A stretch of 64,000 nt of DNA, taken from assembly GCF_044704955.1 (NCBI RefSeq), contig NC_091994.1, positions 88,288,001-88,352,000 of the forward strand, written 5' to 3'. Of this stretch, positions 1 through 10,651 are shown in pieces. The position numbers and the translations under genes are program-made. The DNA comes from Pristiophorus japonicus (Eukaryota). Within the stretch, counting starts at the first letter, position 1. Each line of letters starts with the position of its first letter. The notes under the pieces were generated by a model. That model did no database searches. It had not been told where the DNA came from and worked only from the letters and a program-made list of their open reading frames with translations.

Positions 1-304
1 GAGTGTTGCCCCACACACCTCACAGTAAAAGTCTGATAGATCTCATTGTAACACTTTCTGGCATACCCCACACAACTCAAAGTATGTCAGAAAGTGTAAC
101 AATGAGTTATATCATTGTGTTACATTGAGGGGTGTGGGGTATGTCAGAGAGTATTACAATGAGAGCTTATCAGGGATTGTGAGGTATATTGCGAAGGGTT
201 ATAGCAAGGGTGTGAGTGTATTAAAGAGTGTTACAGCCAGGGTTATAGTGTTTTAACAGCTATATTAACATAGGAAACATTCCCATAAGATATTGTTTAA
301 ATGT

Positions 305-762
305 TGGCACAGCATTTGTTGCCAAAATAACGGCGATTATGAAGGCATGGCAGTTATTCATGTGTACAGCATCCAGCAACTTGTGGCGAGGAAGAGATGC
401 TCCATGAATTGCGATACGCCACAAGATGCTGATCGATTTGCGCTGTTCCGCCATCAGCCTTGTGTGAGCAGCAGCTCGCCTGCAAACTCCCCGGGATTTT
501 TTTAGAACTTGCTAGATTTGCACATTAAACTCTAATTAAACTCGCTGCAAAAAGTTAGAGCTGGTATTAACTATTTAAAGTGTCCTTTTAACAACGGGTT
601 AATGTAATGTCAAACTACCTCTCCGGCTCAGAAAGGGAACTATTTAAACTGGTGCCAGGTATCAGCTCGCACTTCCAGCAACTTACAGGGCAAAACATTA
701 TTGAGCTGAGTCAAACTAACGGGGCATGCCACGAGATACCCAGCTCCAGCAAAATCTGGCCC
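305..762. mobile_element. Degraded non-autonomous DNA transposon (possibly PIF/Harbinger-like)
   Basis: Right end CAGCAAAATCTGGCCC is an imperfect inverted repeat of left GGCACAGCATTTGTTG; no coding capacity; TSD not convincing. Confidence 0.35.
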
Positions 763-790
763 ATAGATACCTTACAGCACATCGGTCTAT

Positions 791-1015
791 GCCCCCCCAT
801 GAACACCATCCTGTGCCCCCCCCATGAACACCATCCTGTGCCCCCCCCATGAACACCATCCTGTGCCCCCCCCCATGAACACCATCCTGTGCCCCCCCCA
901 TGAACACCATCCTGTGCCCCCCCCCATGAACACCATCCTGTGCCCCCCCCCATGAAGACCATTCTGTGCACCCCCCCCCCCCCCCATGAACACCATCCTG
1001 TGCCCCCCCATGAAA
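791..1015. repeat. Minisatellite, ~25-bp unit GCCCCCCC(C)ATGAACACCATCCTGT, about 8-9 copies
   Basis: Directly visible head-to-tail repeats with variable C-run length. Confidence 0.95.
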
Positions 1016-1260
1016 CCACCACAAGAACATGAGGGATTGGACACCACCCCACCAGGAGGCGGCACACACACCAATGATTGGATAAAAACCTATAGAGTCC
1101 CCAGGGAAAACCTAACAAAATATGGAGATGAGCTCAGGAGATTAAACAAAAACTTACTTCAAATACTGGATGTGGAGGTGGATCCGTAGCAAATGATTGA
1201 GAATGGAGACAGCACAAGCCGCGGTCACACCTGAGGGGAGAAAGAGAACAATGTTTAAAA

Positions 1261-1442
1261 CCAGCCCGGGCTCCCCCGCACCGCCTCCCCCAGCCCGGGC
1301 TCCCCCGCACCGCCTCTCCCAGCCCGGGCTCCCTCAACCCGCCTCTCCCAGCCCAGGCTCCCCCGCACCGCCTCCCCCAGCCCAGGCTCCCTCAACCCGC
1401 CTCTCCCAGCCCGGGCTCCCCCGCACCCCGGGCTCCCTCACC
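1261..1442. repeat. Minisatellite, ~29-bp unit CCAGCCCGGGCTCCCCCGCACCGCCTCYC, about 6 copies
   Basis: Directly visible tandem repeats. Confidence 0.9.
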
Positions 1443-2149
1443 CTGCAGCAGGCTGTCGATGGGATTCGAACTCAGGGAAATCCACCCAAAGTTTGGGAGG
1501 AACCTTCGGAAAAAGCCCCACATTTCCCGGCTCAGTCCCGTTCTGTTAATCTTGGTTTCAGGATCAAAGTCTGACCCGTGTCAGACTTGCCCTGAATGGT
1601 TAATCCAGCTCCGCCCGGCGGTAGCTCCAGAGAAATGTTGGAGCCAGACATTGAACCCCGCAAATATCCCCCAAAATCTGTAACCCCAACCCGCAAGTAA
1701 CTGCAAAACGCCTCACAAGCCTGCAACGAGCACTAAACCACAAATAACCCAGCAACTACCACTCAAACTTGAAAGTATTCCCAGACATTGCAAATACACA
1801 CTAAGCAGTGCAAATAATTTCTTAATCCTGTAAATAACCACTAACTCACAAATACTCCCAAACACTGCTCATATCCCTACCTTTGTTAATATCCCCAACA
1901 TCCACCAGTATCTTCTAAATGCATTAATACATCCAAGCCCTGCTAATATTGCCCAACAACCCCAGCCATCATTACCTCAAACTGATCCCATCCAACTGTC
2001 CACAAATTCCCATTCATACCAATAAACCACCCCAACTCCCAACGTCACCCACAATAACCCTCCAACTCCCTGATATCACCACCCAATCACCCCAAAAACT
2101 CATTATCCCTGCCCAAAACACCTCAACCAATATGGATGCATGTTCTGGG

Positions 2150-2311
2150 TACATTCATTCATAGGAGTGGAAGATGCCTGTGTGTGAGTTCTTTTAACAT
2201 GGGGTGGCCGTTGCACACCGGCCACCACACGGGCTTAGCAGAGCAAGGTCTTGGTCCAGTGGCAAGGGGGTCCAAGGTGACTGGAGACCAGGCACTGCTG
2301 TATGAGCTTAG
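2150..2311 (-). mobile_element. Partial copy of RTE-dependent non-autonomous retroposon
   Basis: Reverse complement matches the bodies of the copies at 18034-18358 and 31290-31522. Confidence 0.7.
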
Positions 2312-2799
2312 TTGCCTACGGCGAGATGTTGGCTGCAAGCTCGGCGCTGAGTAGCGCCCTTGATGGTGGGTGGTCCGAGGCTTGGTTGGGGCCAGGCATT
2401 GTGAGGGTCAGTGGCCCACTGGAGTTAAGAGTGGAAGGCCACAGCCATGATGCTCACCAGTCAGAATAGACCAGGTCACCAGTGGGGTATAGGCAAATGG
2501 TTGGACAGCCAGCCGACAATCATTTTCTAAGCTCCCACATAATCATTGGGCAAGGTACTGTGGGGCACCCATGAGACCATACTCAAGCAAAAATCACTGC
2601 ATTTAGGACAGGAGGGAAGAAAACTCTCCTGCTGTAGATTCGTATGGGTAGAGATTAAACTCAGCGTTGCGCGAACAGAGTGCCCAAAGCAGAAAGACTC
2701 AAGGCCATCCTGAAATTGGGTCATGGGCCCCATTCATATCTTCAGGGTGAGCTGTTGGCACTTGCAGCGCCTCATGAGAAAAAAGACAAAGGGTGGTTG

Positions 2800-2872
2800 T
2801 AAATGGAGCTTTATCAATGTGCCAAGGGGATTACTAACAGGGTGCCACAGGGATCAGGTGCTGGGGCCATTG
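2800..2872 (+). mobile_element. Old CR1 LINE RT fragment, left part
   Basis: Encodes degenerate GVPQGSVLGP; the expected continuation LFTIYI.D resumes at ~9135. Confidence 0.6.
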
Positions 2873-3035
2873 TGAAAGAAGACTTGCATTTTTGTAAAGC
2901 CCCTTTCATGACCTCAGGATGCCCCAATGCGCTTCACAGCCAATGCAGTTCTTTTTGAAGTGTGGTCACTGTTATAATGTAGGAAACACATCAGCCAGTT
3001 TGCTCGCCACAAGGTCCCACAAACAGCAATGAGAT
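2873..3035 (-). mobile_element. Deu-domain tRNA-derived SINE (SacSINE1-like), 3' part
   Basis: Reverse complement matches the 3' half of the SINEs at 33912-34350 and 46150-46604; the element continues at 8800 after the Tx1 insertion. Confidence 0.8.
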
Positions 3036-3530
3036 TTTTTTTCCAAAAATATACTTTATTCATATAAAATTTTCACAACACACTGGAAAATACCTCAGTA
3101 CCTTGCGGTCAGCAATTCCATACAATTCGTTTGGATGCTGACAGCAGTTCCATACAATGCACTAGGTTGCATTTCATTTCAAGGTGCAGTTTAGTACAAT
3201 CCGTAAATCACATTACATGTAGTACTGTGCAAATGAGGGTATTACATGGAGCAGATGAGAACAGGTTTACATTAGATTCCAGGATACACTTCAATACCGA
3301 TCACGAATCACGTTACACGTAGCACTATACAGATGAATGCAGTACACGGACCGGATGGGGATATATTTACATTTCTTTACAAGTTACTAAACAGTGCAGA
3401 GACTTTCATTCTACATGGCACAACACAGGTGTTTTTCAGTATATGGTGCTCTATGTATACAAGCAGATTAACAAGTACAGCCCGAGGGGTGTCTGATTCC
3501 ATCCCCTGGGTTTACCGTGGCGGAAGGGCC

Positions 3531-4970
3531 TTAAACTGTGGCTCTTCCCCATCGTGCCTTTGCAATGACTGCACCAACCTTCAGTGTGTCCCTCAGCACG
3601 TACTCCTGGACCTTGGATTGCACCAGTCTGCAACACTCGGCCGTGGATATCTCCTTGCTCTGGAAGATCAGCAAGTTTCGGGAAGACCAAAGTGAGTCTT
3701 TCACCGAGTTGATTGTTCTCCAGCAGCAGATGATGTCTGTCTCGGTGTGCGTCCCTGGGAACAGTCCGTAGAGCACAGAGTCCTGTGTTACAGAGCTGCT
3801 TGGGATGAACCTCGACAGCAACCACTGCATCGCCTTCCAGACCTGCCTTGCAAAGAGGCAGTCTCAAAGGAGATGGATGACAGTCTCGTCCGCACCACAG
3901 CCAACTCGGGGGCAGAGTGCTGTGTCTCTGAGATCCCGGCTGTGCATTAAGGATCTGACAGGTAGGGCCCTTCTCACCGCCAACCAAGCTACGTCTTGGT
4001 GCTTGTGTGAAAGCTCTGGCGATGAGACATTCTGCCAAATGAGTTCGACAGTCTGCTCGGGGAACCGTCCAACAGGATCCATCATCTCCTTCTTTTGTAG
4101 GGCGTCCAGGACCTTACGTTCTGACCGCTGCTTTATGGCCGTGTGGTCAAAGGTGTTTTTCTTGAAAAACTTTTCCATGAAGGACAGGTGTTGAGGCATG
4201 GTCCAACTGATTGGAATGTTCCACGGCACCCTGGCCAGACCCATCCTTCGCAACACCAGGGACAGATAGAATCTCAGCACGTACTGACATTTGGTGTTTG
4301 CGTATGAAGGGTCTATGCACAGCTTGATGCAGCCGCACACAAAGGTGGCCGTCAGGATGAGGGCCACGTTCGGAACGTCCTTTCCCCCCTTGTCCACAGA
4401 TTTGTACATCGTGTCTCTGCGGACACGGTTCATTTTCGATCTCCAGACAAAGTGGAAGATGGCCCGGGTGACTGCCTTAGCACAGGAGTGGGGTATGGGC
4501 CAGACCTGCGCCACGTACAACAACACCGAGAGCACCTCACTCCTGATGACCAGGTTCTTTCCTGCAATGGAGAATGAGCGCAGCTTCCACCATCCCAGTT
4601 TATGTTTCGCTTTAGCGATACGCTCCTTCCAGTTTTTGACGCCTGCCCTGTCCGCTCCGAACCATATTCCCAAAACCTTCAGGTAATCTGACTTCACGCT
4701 GAAGGGAATAAAGGATCGGTCGGACCAGCTTCCAAAGAACATGGCCTTGCTTTTGCTGCGATTTATCTTCGCCCCCGAGGCCAGTTCAAACTGGTCACAG
4801 ATTGTGAGCAATCCGCGGACCGACTGCGGATCCGAGCAAAAGACGGTGACGTCGTCCATGTACAGGGAGGTCTTGACCTGAGCGCCTCTGCTGCCTGGGA
4901 TTGTCACCCCCCTAATGCCCGCATCCGTCCTAATGGACTCGGCAAAGGGCTCGATACAGCACACAAACAA
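3531..4970 (-). pseudogene. Tx1 ORF2 C-terminal part (RT YMDD motif, C-terminal Cys/His domain), disrupted
   Basis: LYMDDVTV, YLKVLGIWFG and CPRVGCGADETVIHLL motifs; stop near 3864. Confidence 0.88.
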
Positions 4971-5315
4971 GAAAAGGGAGTGCTGAGTGTTTCGAAGTGT
5001 TGCTGCTCAATGGCACTCTCTGCTGGTGAGTCTACAGGGCTGTAGTAATACCTGCCCTCCTGTATCGCTTCCCGGTCTTTTGGCTAAGATCAAGTGTTGA
5101 TTGGCATTCATATGCTAATTGACGAATCGTCTTTCCAGTTTGGCTGGGTCTGGCCCTTTGGCTCGGGCCAAGCATCGATTGGAGAGAAGAAGAAATCTGC
5201 ATGTCGACCAACCATTGGGCGGACCAGGAGGTCCGCCAAGGTGCCAGACTGGCACCACAAAAGATTGAAGGCTTTGGCCAAAACACAAGCCGAAAGGAGG
5301 AATCTGCAAACCGGA

Positions 5316-6565
5316 TGGTGGCCAACCGAGTGGCGAACCATGGTGTCCGAAACACCATCCGAGTGACTGCAAAGAAAGTGGAAGGACAGACGATGATGCA
5401 CCGGGACATCTTTGTGAAGAAAATTCTGCTTGAAATCTGTGGCATGAAAATCACGGATGTCTTCGCCTTGCAGGACATCCCTAAGTGAGGTTACTTTGAT
5501 GTAACCTTCAGAAACGTCACCCATTGCCTGAAATTCCTGAAAGGATTGAAGGAGGTGAGTGAACCACTGCGGTCAATGCTGACTTTGGAACCACTGTTCA
5601 CCCTCCCATCGCAGAGGAAGAGCACTATCACAGTACACATGTACAACCCCCACATACCAGTCATTGATGTGCTGACATTCCTCGCCAGGCAGGAAACAGC
5701 ATGGACCTGAAGGATTTCCATGGGATTTAGACCAGCAAGCGCCAGATCCAGGTCACCTTGAAAGTGGACCCCAGCGGAACCATCCTGCACTCCCCCCTCC
5801 AGCTTCGCCATCGGAGGAAGTCGGGGCTACATGGTGTACGCCGGACAACCCAATGTGTGCCAAACCTGCGGGAAAGCAGGTCACTTGGCAGCAAGCTGCA
5901 AAGCAATCATTTGCCGCAACTGCAAGCAGGAAGGACACCAGACAAAGGACTGCAAAGAGAGCAAGTGCTGCAACCTTTGTGGTCAGGCTGGACATCTGCA
6001 CAAGGCCTGCCCCAAGCGCAATTTCAGCTATGCGCAGGCGGCAAAGAATATGGTGATGTGAGGAGAAAGCTGAGGAGTGCAACGCCCCAGAGGAGACCAA
6101 CACCTCCCTCCCCTCCAAGACACCGTGCGAACAAACCACCGACCTAATCGACACTGACCGAGAGGAGGAAGGGAAGTCTGCCACAGCAAGCCGCCAGACA
6201 CTAACACCCAGCAGTGAAACTCCCCCCGAGACACCGAGTCCATGGAAGAGGAGGGAGCAGAAGCAGAAGAGCAACAGGAATGGCAACGTGTCACCAAGAA
6301 GAAGAAGGCCCGCAAGTCAAAGGAAAAGAGGCCTCCTGCAGAAATGAGAGGCAAAAGACGGCTACCGTCAACGACGGACAGCAGTGTTTGCAGCTCTTCT
6401 GATGACAAAGGGCGAGGCAAAAGCCCCAACTACAACCAGCAGAAGAAGAAGCAAAATGCCAATGCGACCAGCCCAGTCCAACCCCGGGACCTCAGGAGCA
6501 GTGATGTCACCGATGCACCCCCGCTCCGGATCTCCAGGAGCGACGAAGCGACAGATGCACCCTAA
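5316..6565 (+). pseudogene. Tx1 ORF1 (gag-like, three CCHC zinc knuckles), disrupted
   Basis: CQTCGKAGHLAASC, CRNCKQEGHQTKDC and CNLCGQAGHLHKAC; stops and frameshifts present. Confidence 0.85.
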
Positions 6566-6836
6566 TCCAAAACGCTGTGAGTGACGACACCACAGGGGAT
6601 GCACACAAGGAACAACCAACACCAGGCGAGGGCAGTCCAATTGACATGGAGGACCCCCCGTCCACACTGCTGGCGTCCCCTGATCGAAGTATCCCCAAGG
6701 CAGAGGACAACCCATACCTCAGCCAAGGTGCAGTAGAAGAGTTTAAAGCTAACCTATGTATACTGGAACAGGCCACAGGGCCAAAGGACTGCATGTTCGA
6801 AATGTAATGTTTGGATTGTAATCACCAATTTAAAAA

Positions 6837-8799
6837 TGGGTTTAAAGATTAACATGCGTAGCATTAAGTCGTCTACGTGATGTGCTTCACCTTGGGGTAC
6901 CTCGCCAAGGTGAAGGCAGACCTGCTATTCTTGCAAGAGTGCCGCACTTCAGCAGTTACTGGCAGTGGTCGCAATGGTGGTCCCACGGACCATCCGTCTG
7001 GTCAGGAGGCAACGATTGCCGTTCCTCTGGCCTGGGCATTCTGCTGCGGGGAGGCCACTTCACCATCACCGAAGTTAAGGAGGTGGTGGGCGGCCGCCTC
7101 CTCGTAGCAGATGTATTGTATAAAAATGTTCCTCGAAGGCTAATTAACGTGTATGCCTCGCCTCTCAGAAGCGAGCGGCTGGCCCTCCTCCAGCAGCTCC
7201 CACTGCTGCTGGCGACATCCAGACCGGTCGTTCTGGGCGGTGATTTCAACTGCATCATCAATGCGGCTGGACGATCCAGCAGAGCCGACAGCAAACTGGA
7301 CACCACATCCAAACTTCTGATGGACGTGGTAAAAGATGCCAAGCTGTGCGACGTCTTCAGCAACCCTGCAGATGGAGCACCGCGCAGATACACCTGGTCG
7401 AGACCAGACGGGTCCATCCGTTCCAGAATAGACTTCCTGTTTGTGTCCCACACGCTCAAGGTCAGATCCACCGACGTCACGCCGGTGTTCTTCTCTGACC
7501 ACTGCCTCCTGCTGGCTGACTGCCTCCCACAGGAAGACCTGAAAGTTGGTAGGGGGATATGGAAGCTCAAGGTGAAACTGTTGACCCCGGAAAACGTTGA
7601 GGAACTCGAAGAGGGATTACAAAGGTTGGAGAACCATAAAACCCCTCTGTGATTCCCCGATGTACTGGTGGGAAACAATCAAGACAAACATCAAGAGGTT
7701 CTTCATCCTCAAAGGTGTTCAGGAGGTGAGAAGGAGACAGAATGAATTGTCCCAACTCCAGAAGAGTATGCAAAACCTGCTCCTGCTGCAGTCGATGGGG
7801 GTCGATGTCGCGGAGGAACTCCAAGAGGTGAAGGACCAGCAAGCCTCGCTCTTTGCCTCCAAAATCATCTTCCGCTCCAGAGTCCGCTCCATCAAGCAGG
7901 TTGAGACATGCTCGCGTTTCTTCTTCAAAAAGGTACACAGGGGGAGCTCTGTGATCACTAGCCTAAAGGATGAAGATGATTCTGTGACGTCTTCGCAGCC
8001 CGACATGCTGAGGATCAGCAAATCCTTCTATGCTGGGCTGTATGACGTCAAGCCCACAGATCGCGCGGCCTTCCTGTCTTTCCTGTCGTCTATCTCAGAG
8101 GTCTTAGACAACAGCGAGTGGGAAAGTCTGGACCACCCGCTAACTCTGGACGAGCTGACAAAGGCCGTCCGTTCCCTCGCGACGAGTAAAACTCCCGGAA
8201 GCGACGGCTTACCGGTCGAGTTGTATTTGGCTCTGTGGGACTGGATGGGCCCAGACCTGCTGGAAGTGTACGGGGGTATGCTTCTGGCCGGCAGCATGTC
8301 AGAATCAATGAGGAAAGGCATCATCACCCTCATCTACAAGCAGAAGGGGGAGAAAGAGGAAATCAAAAACTGGCAGCCCAGTTCGCTGCTCAATGTGAAC
8401 TACAAGATCATGTCGAAGGTCATCGCAAATGGGGTCAAGTCTGCTCTGGAGCTGGTGATCCACCTGGACCAGACCTGCGCTGTCCCCGGCAGGAAGATCT
8501 CTGATAGCCTCACACTACTCAGGGATGCGATTGCCTACGTGCGGGACAGGAGGGTGGACACCTGTTTAATCAGCTTGGACCAGGAGAAGGCCTTTGACAG
8601 GATATCGCACACGTACCTGATGGACATGCTCCCCAAGATGGGGTTTGGGGAGGGTATCCGCAATTGGATCCAGCTGCTCTACACAGACATCAGTAGCACA
8701 GTTCTAATCAACGGGTGGGAAACTGAAAGCTTTCCGATCAGGTCTGGAGTCAGGCAAGGCTGTCCCCTCTCCTCTGCCTTGTTTGTGTGCTGTATCGAG
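6837..8799 (+). pseudogene. Tx1 ORF2 N-terminal part (APE endonuclease + RT N-half), frameshifted
   Basis: FLQE, GGDFN, SRID, SDH, PGSDGLP, LDQEKAFD and GVRQGCPLS motifs. Confidence 0.9.
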
Positions 8800-9130
8800 C
8801 ACAAACAGCAATGAGATAATCACCAGATGAGCTGTTTCAGTGATGTTGGCTGAGGGATAAATATTTGCAAGTACACCGGGGAGGACTCCCCTGCTCTTCT
8901 TTGATATAGTGCCATGCAATGTTCAGTTTCATTTTTTTTTGGCCTATTCAAATTTCTGCACATGTGCGGTTTTCCCCACTTAAAAGCCGCTGAGCGTCCT
9001 GCATGGGACCTCCAGACCGCTGTGCGACTACGCAGTTTAATGGGAACATTGGTCCCATGGGATCTTTTACACTCACCTGAACGGACAGACACGCGCTGGG
9101 TTAACATCTCATTCAAAGGAGTTTGTTGGA
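8800..9130 (-). mobile_element. Deu-domain SINE, continuation (interrupted by a MITE)
   Basis: Matches the SINE middle region (GTGCCATG/GGATCTTTTAC...TTAACATCTCAT). Confidence 0.75.
8917..9051. mobile_element. 135-bp hAT-type MITE
   Basis: TIR CAATGTTC...GAACATTG; 8-bp TSD GTGCCATG (8909-8916) / GTCCCATG (9052-9059). Confidence 0.75.
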
Positions 9131-9134
9131 GACA

Positions 9135-10530
9135 CTGTTTACAATCTACATAATGATGTGGTGCTGTGGACCAGAAACAAGCCTAAGTTTGCAGTTGATA
9201 CCAAATTGGGGTGGGGTGGTTTCAAACAAAGGGAACAGAAAAAACAGATAGAAAAGGATTTGATAGGTTGAGAAGGTGGGCTAGTGAATGTCATATTACA
9301 TTTAATATGGAAAAATGCAAGGTCATAGGACTAGTGAAAGGCAATTAACGGTGGGAATATAAATGAAATGGCTCTAGGCTATGGAACAGGTGCAGACCGT
9401 CCGCTTTGTACTGGTCCCACCTCCCCCAGAACCGGTTCCAATGCCCCACGAATTTAAATACCTCCCTGCTGCACCACTGTTCAAGCCATGTATTCATCTG
9501 CGCTATCCTGCGATTCCTACTCTGACTAGCACGTGGCACTGGTAGCAATCCAGAGATTACCACTTTTGACGTCCTACTTTTTAATTTAGCTCCTAGCTCC
9601 TTAAATTCGTTTCGTAGGACCTCATCCCTTTTTTTACCTATGTCGTTGGTACCAATGTGCACCACGACAACTGGCTGTTCTCCCTCCCTTTTTAGAATGT
9701 CCTGCACCCGCTCAGAGACATCCTTGACCCTTGCACCAGGGAGGCAACATACCATCCTGGAGTCTCGGTTGCGGCTGCAGAAACGCCTATCTATTCCCCT
9801 TACAATTGAATCCCCTATCACTATCGCTCTCCCACTCTTTTTCCTGCCCTCCTGTGCAACAGAGCCAGCCATGGTGCCATGAACTTGGCTGCTGCTGCCC
9901 TCCCCTAATGAGTCATCCCCCTCAACAGTACTCAAAGCAGTGTATCTGTTTTGCAGGGGGATGACCACAGGGGACCCCTGCACTACCTTCCTTGCACTGC
10001 TCTTTTTGCTGGTCTTCCATTCCCTATCTGGCCTGTGGATCCTTCACCTGCGGTGAGACCAGGAGAGGGAACTGAGGGTTTTGGTCGATGGATCACTGAA
10101 ACCAGCAGAACAACAGAGATAAGTATAGCTAACTGGACCTTCGGACATATAGGTAAAAGAATAGAGTACAAATCCCAGGTGATCATGCAAAAGGTACAGG
10201 TACTGGTGAAACCATCCCTAGAGCACTGTGCCGGACTACAGTAAGGATATCCAGGCATTTGAGGCAATGTAGAAAAATACAACAAAACTGATACCTGGCT
10301 TAAGGCATCTGGGTTATGGGGAGAAGATGAAGAACCTGGGAATGTTTGTTGGGAGAAGAGAAGGCTGAAGAGAGATATTCAAAATCCTTAAGGAAATGGA
10401 CAAATTGCTCAGGATTGTCACAAATTCACGCAGATAGGTTAAATGTCACTACTTTATGAAAAGATTGCTGAATATCTGGAATGGACCGTCCAGGGAGACA
10501 TGGAGAAGTTGGTACATATTTGAAGGAGTG
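9135..10530 (+). mobile_element. Old, highly degenerate CR1 RT and 3' region (interrupted at 9386-10055)
   Basis: Remnants of KFA.DTKLG, FN.EKCKV, RELRVL, LVKPSLEHC and WNG motifs. Confidence 0.7.
9386..10055 (-). mobile_element. Isolated internal CR1 ORF1 fragment (SGNH/GDSL esterase)
   Basis: VIGDSIVRG, CLPGARV, HIGTND and DGLHL motifs; near-identical to 37927-38595. Confidence 0.9.
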
Positions 10531-10651
10531 GAGGGGTACTAGTTTGTGGGAACAGTTAACTGGAGTTTTCCTGGTCCTGCGCTTTGCTACATTTCTATAT
10601 TTTGTGTCATTTAATTGGAAATAAACTTAATTGGATATTTAGTCTGTTTAG

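Larger units (their letters stand above)
3036..8799 (-). mobile_element. Tx1-clade (L1 group) non-LTR retrotransposon, near full length, with 5' inversion
   Basis: 18-bp TSD CACAAACAGCAATGAGAT at 3018-3035 and 8800-8817; T-run and TTTATT (3055-3060) mark the 3' end; the 3' part is on the minus strand (3036-4970) and the 5' part on the plus strand (4971-8799). Confidence 0.92.

Noticed and set aside
791-1015. CRISPR-like array or Gly-rich protein ORFs
   Set aside because: The units are contiguous with no unique spacers, the context is eukaryotic, and the ORFs are artefacts of the repeat.
3036-8799. Two independent head-to-head Tx1 insertions
   Set aside because: The pieces are complementary parts of one ORF2 and share a single TSD pair.
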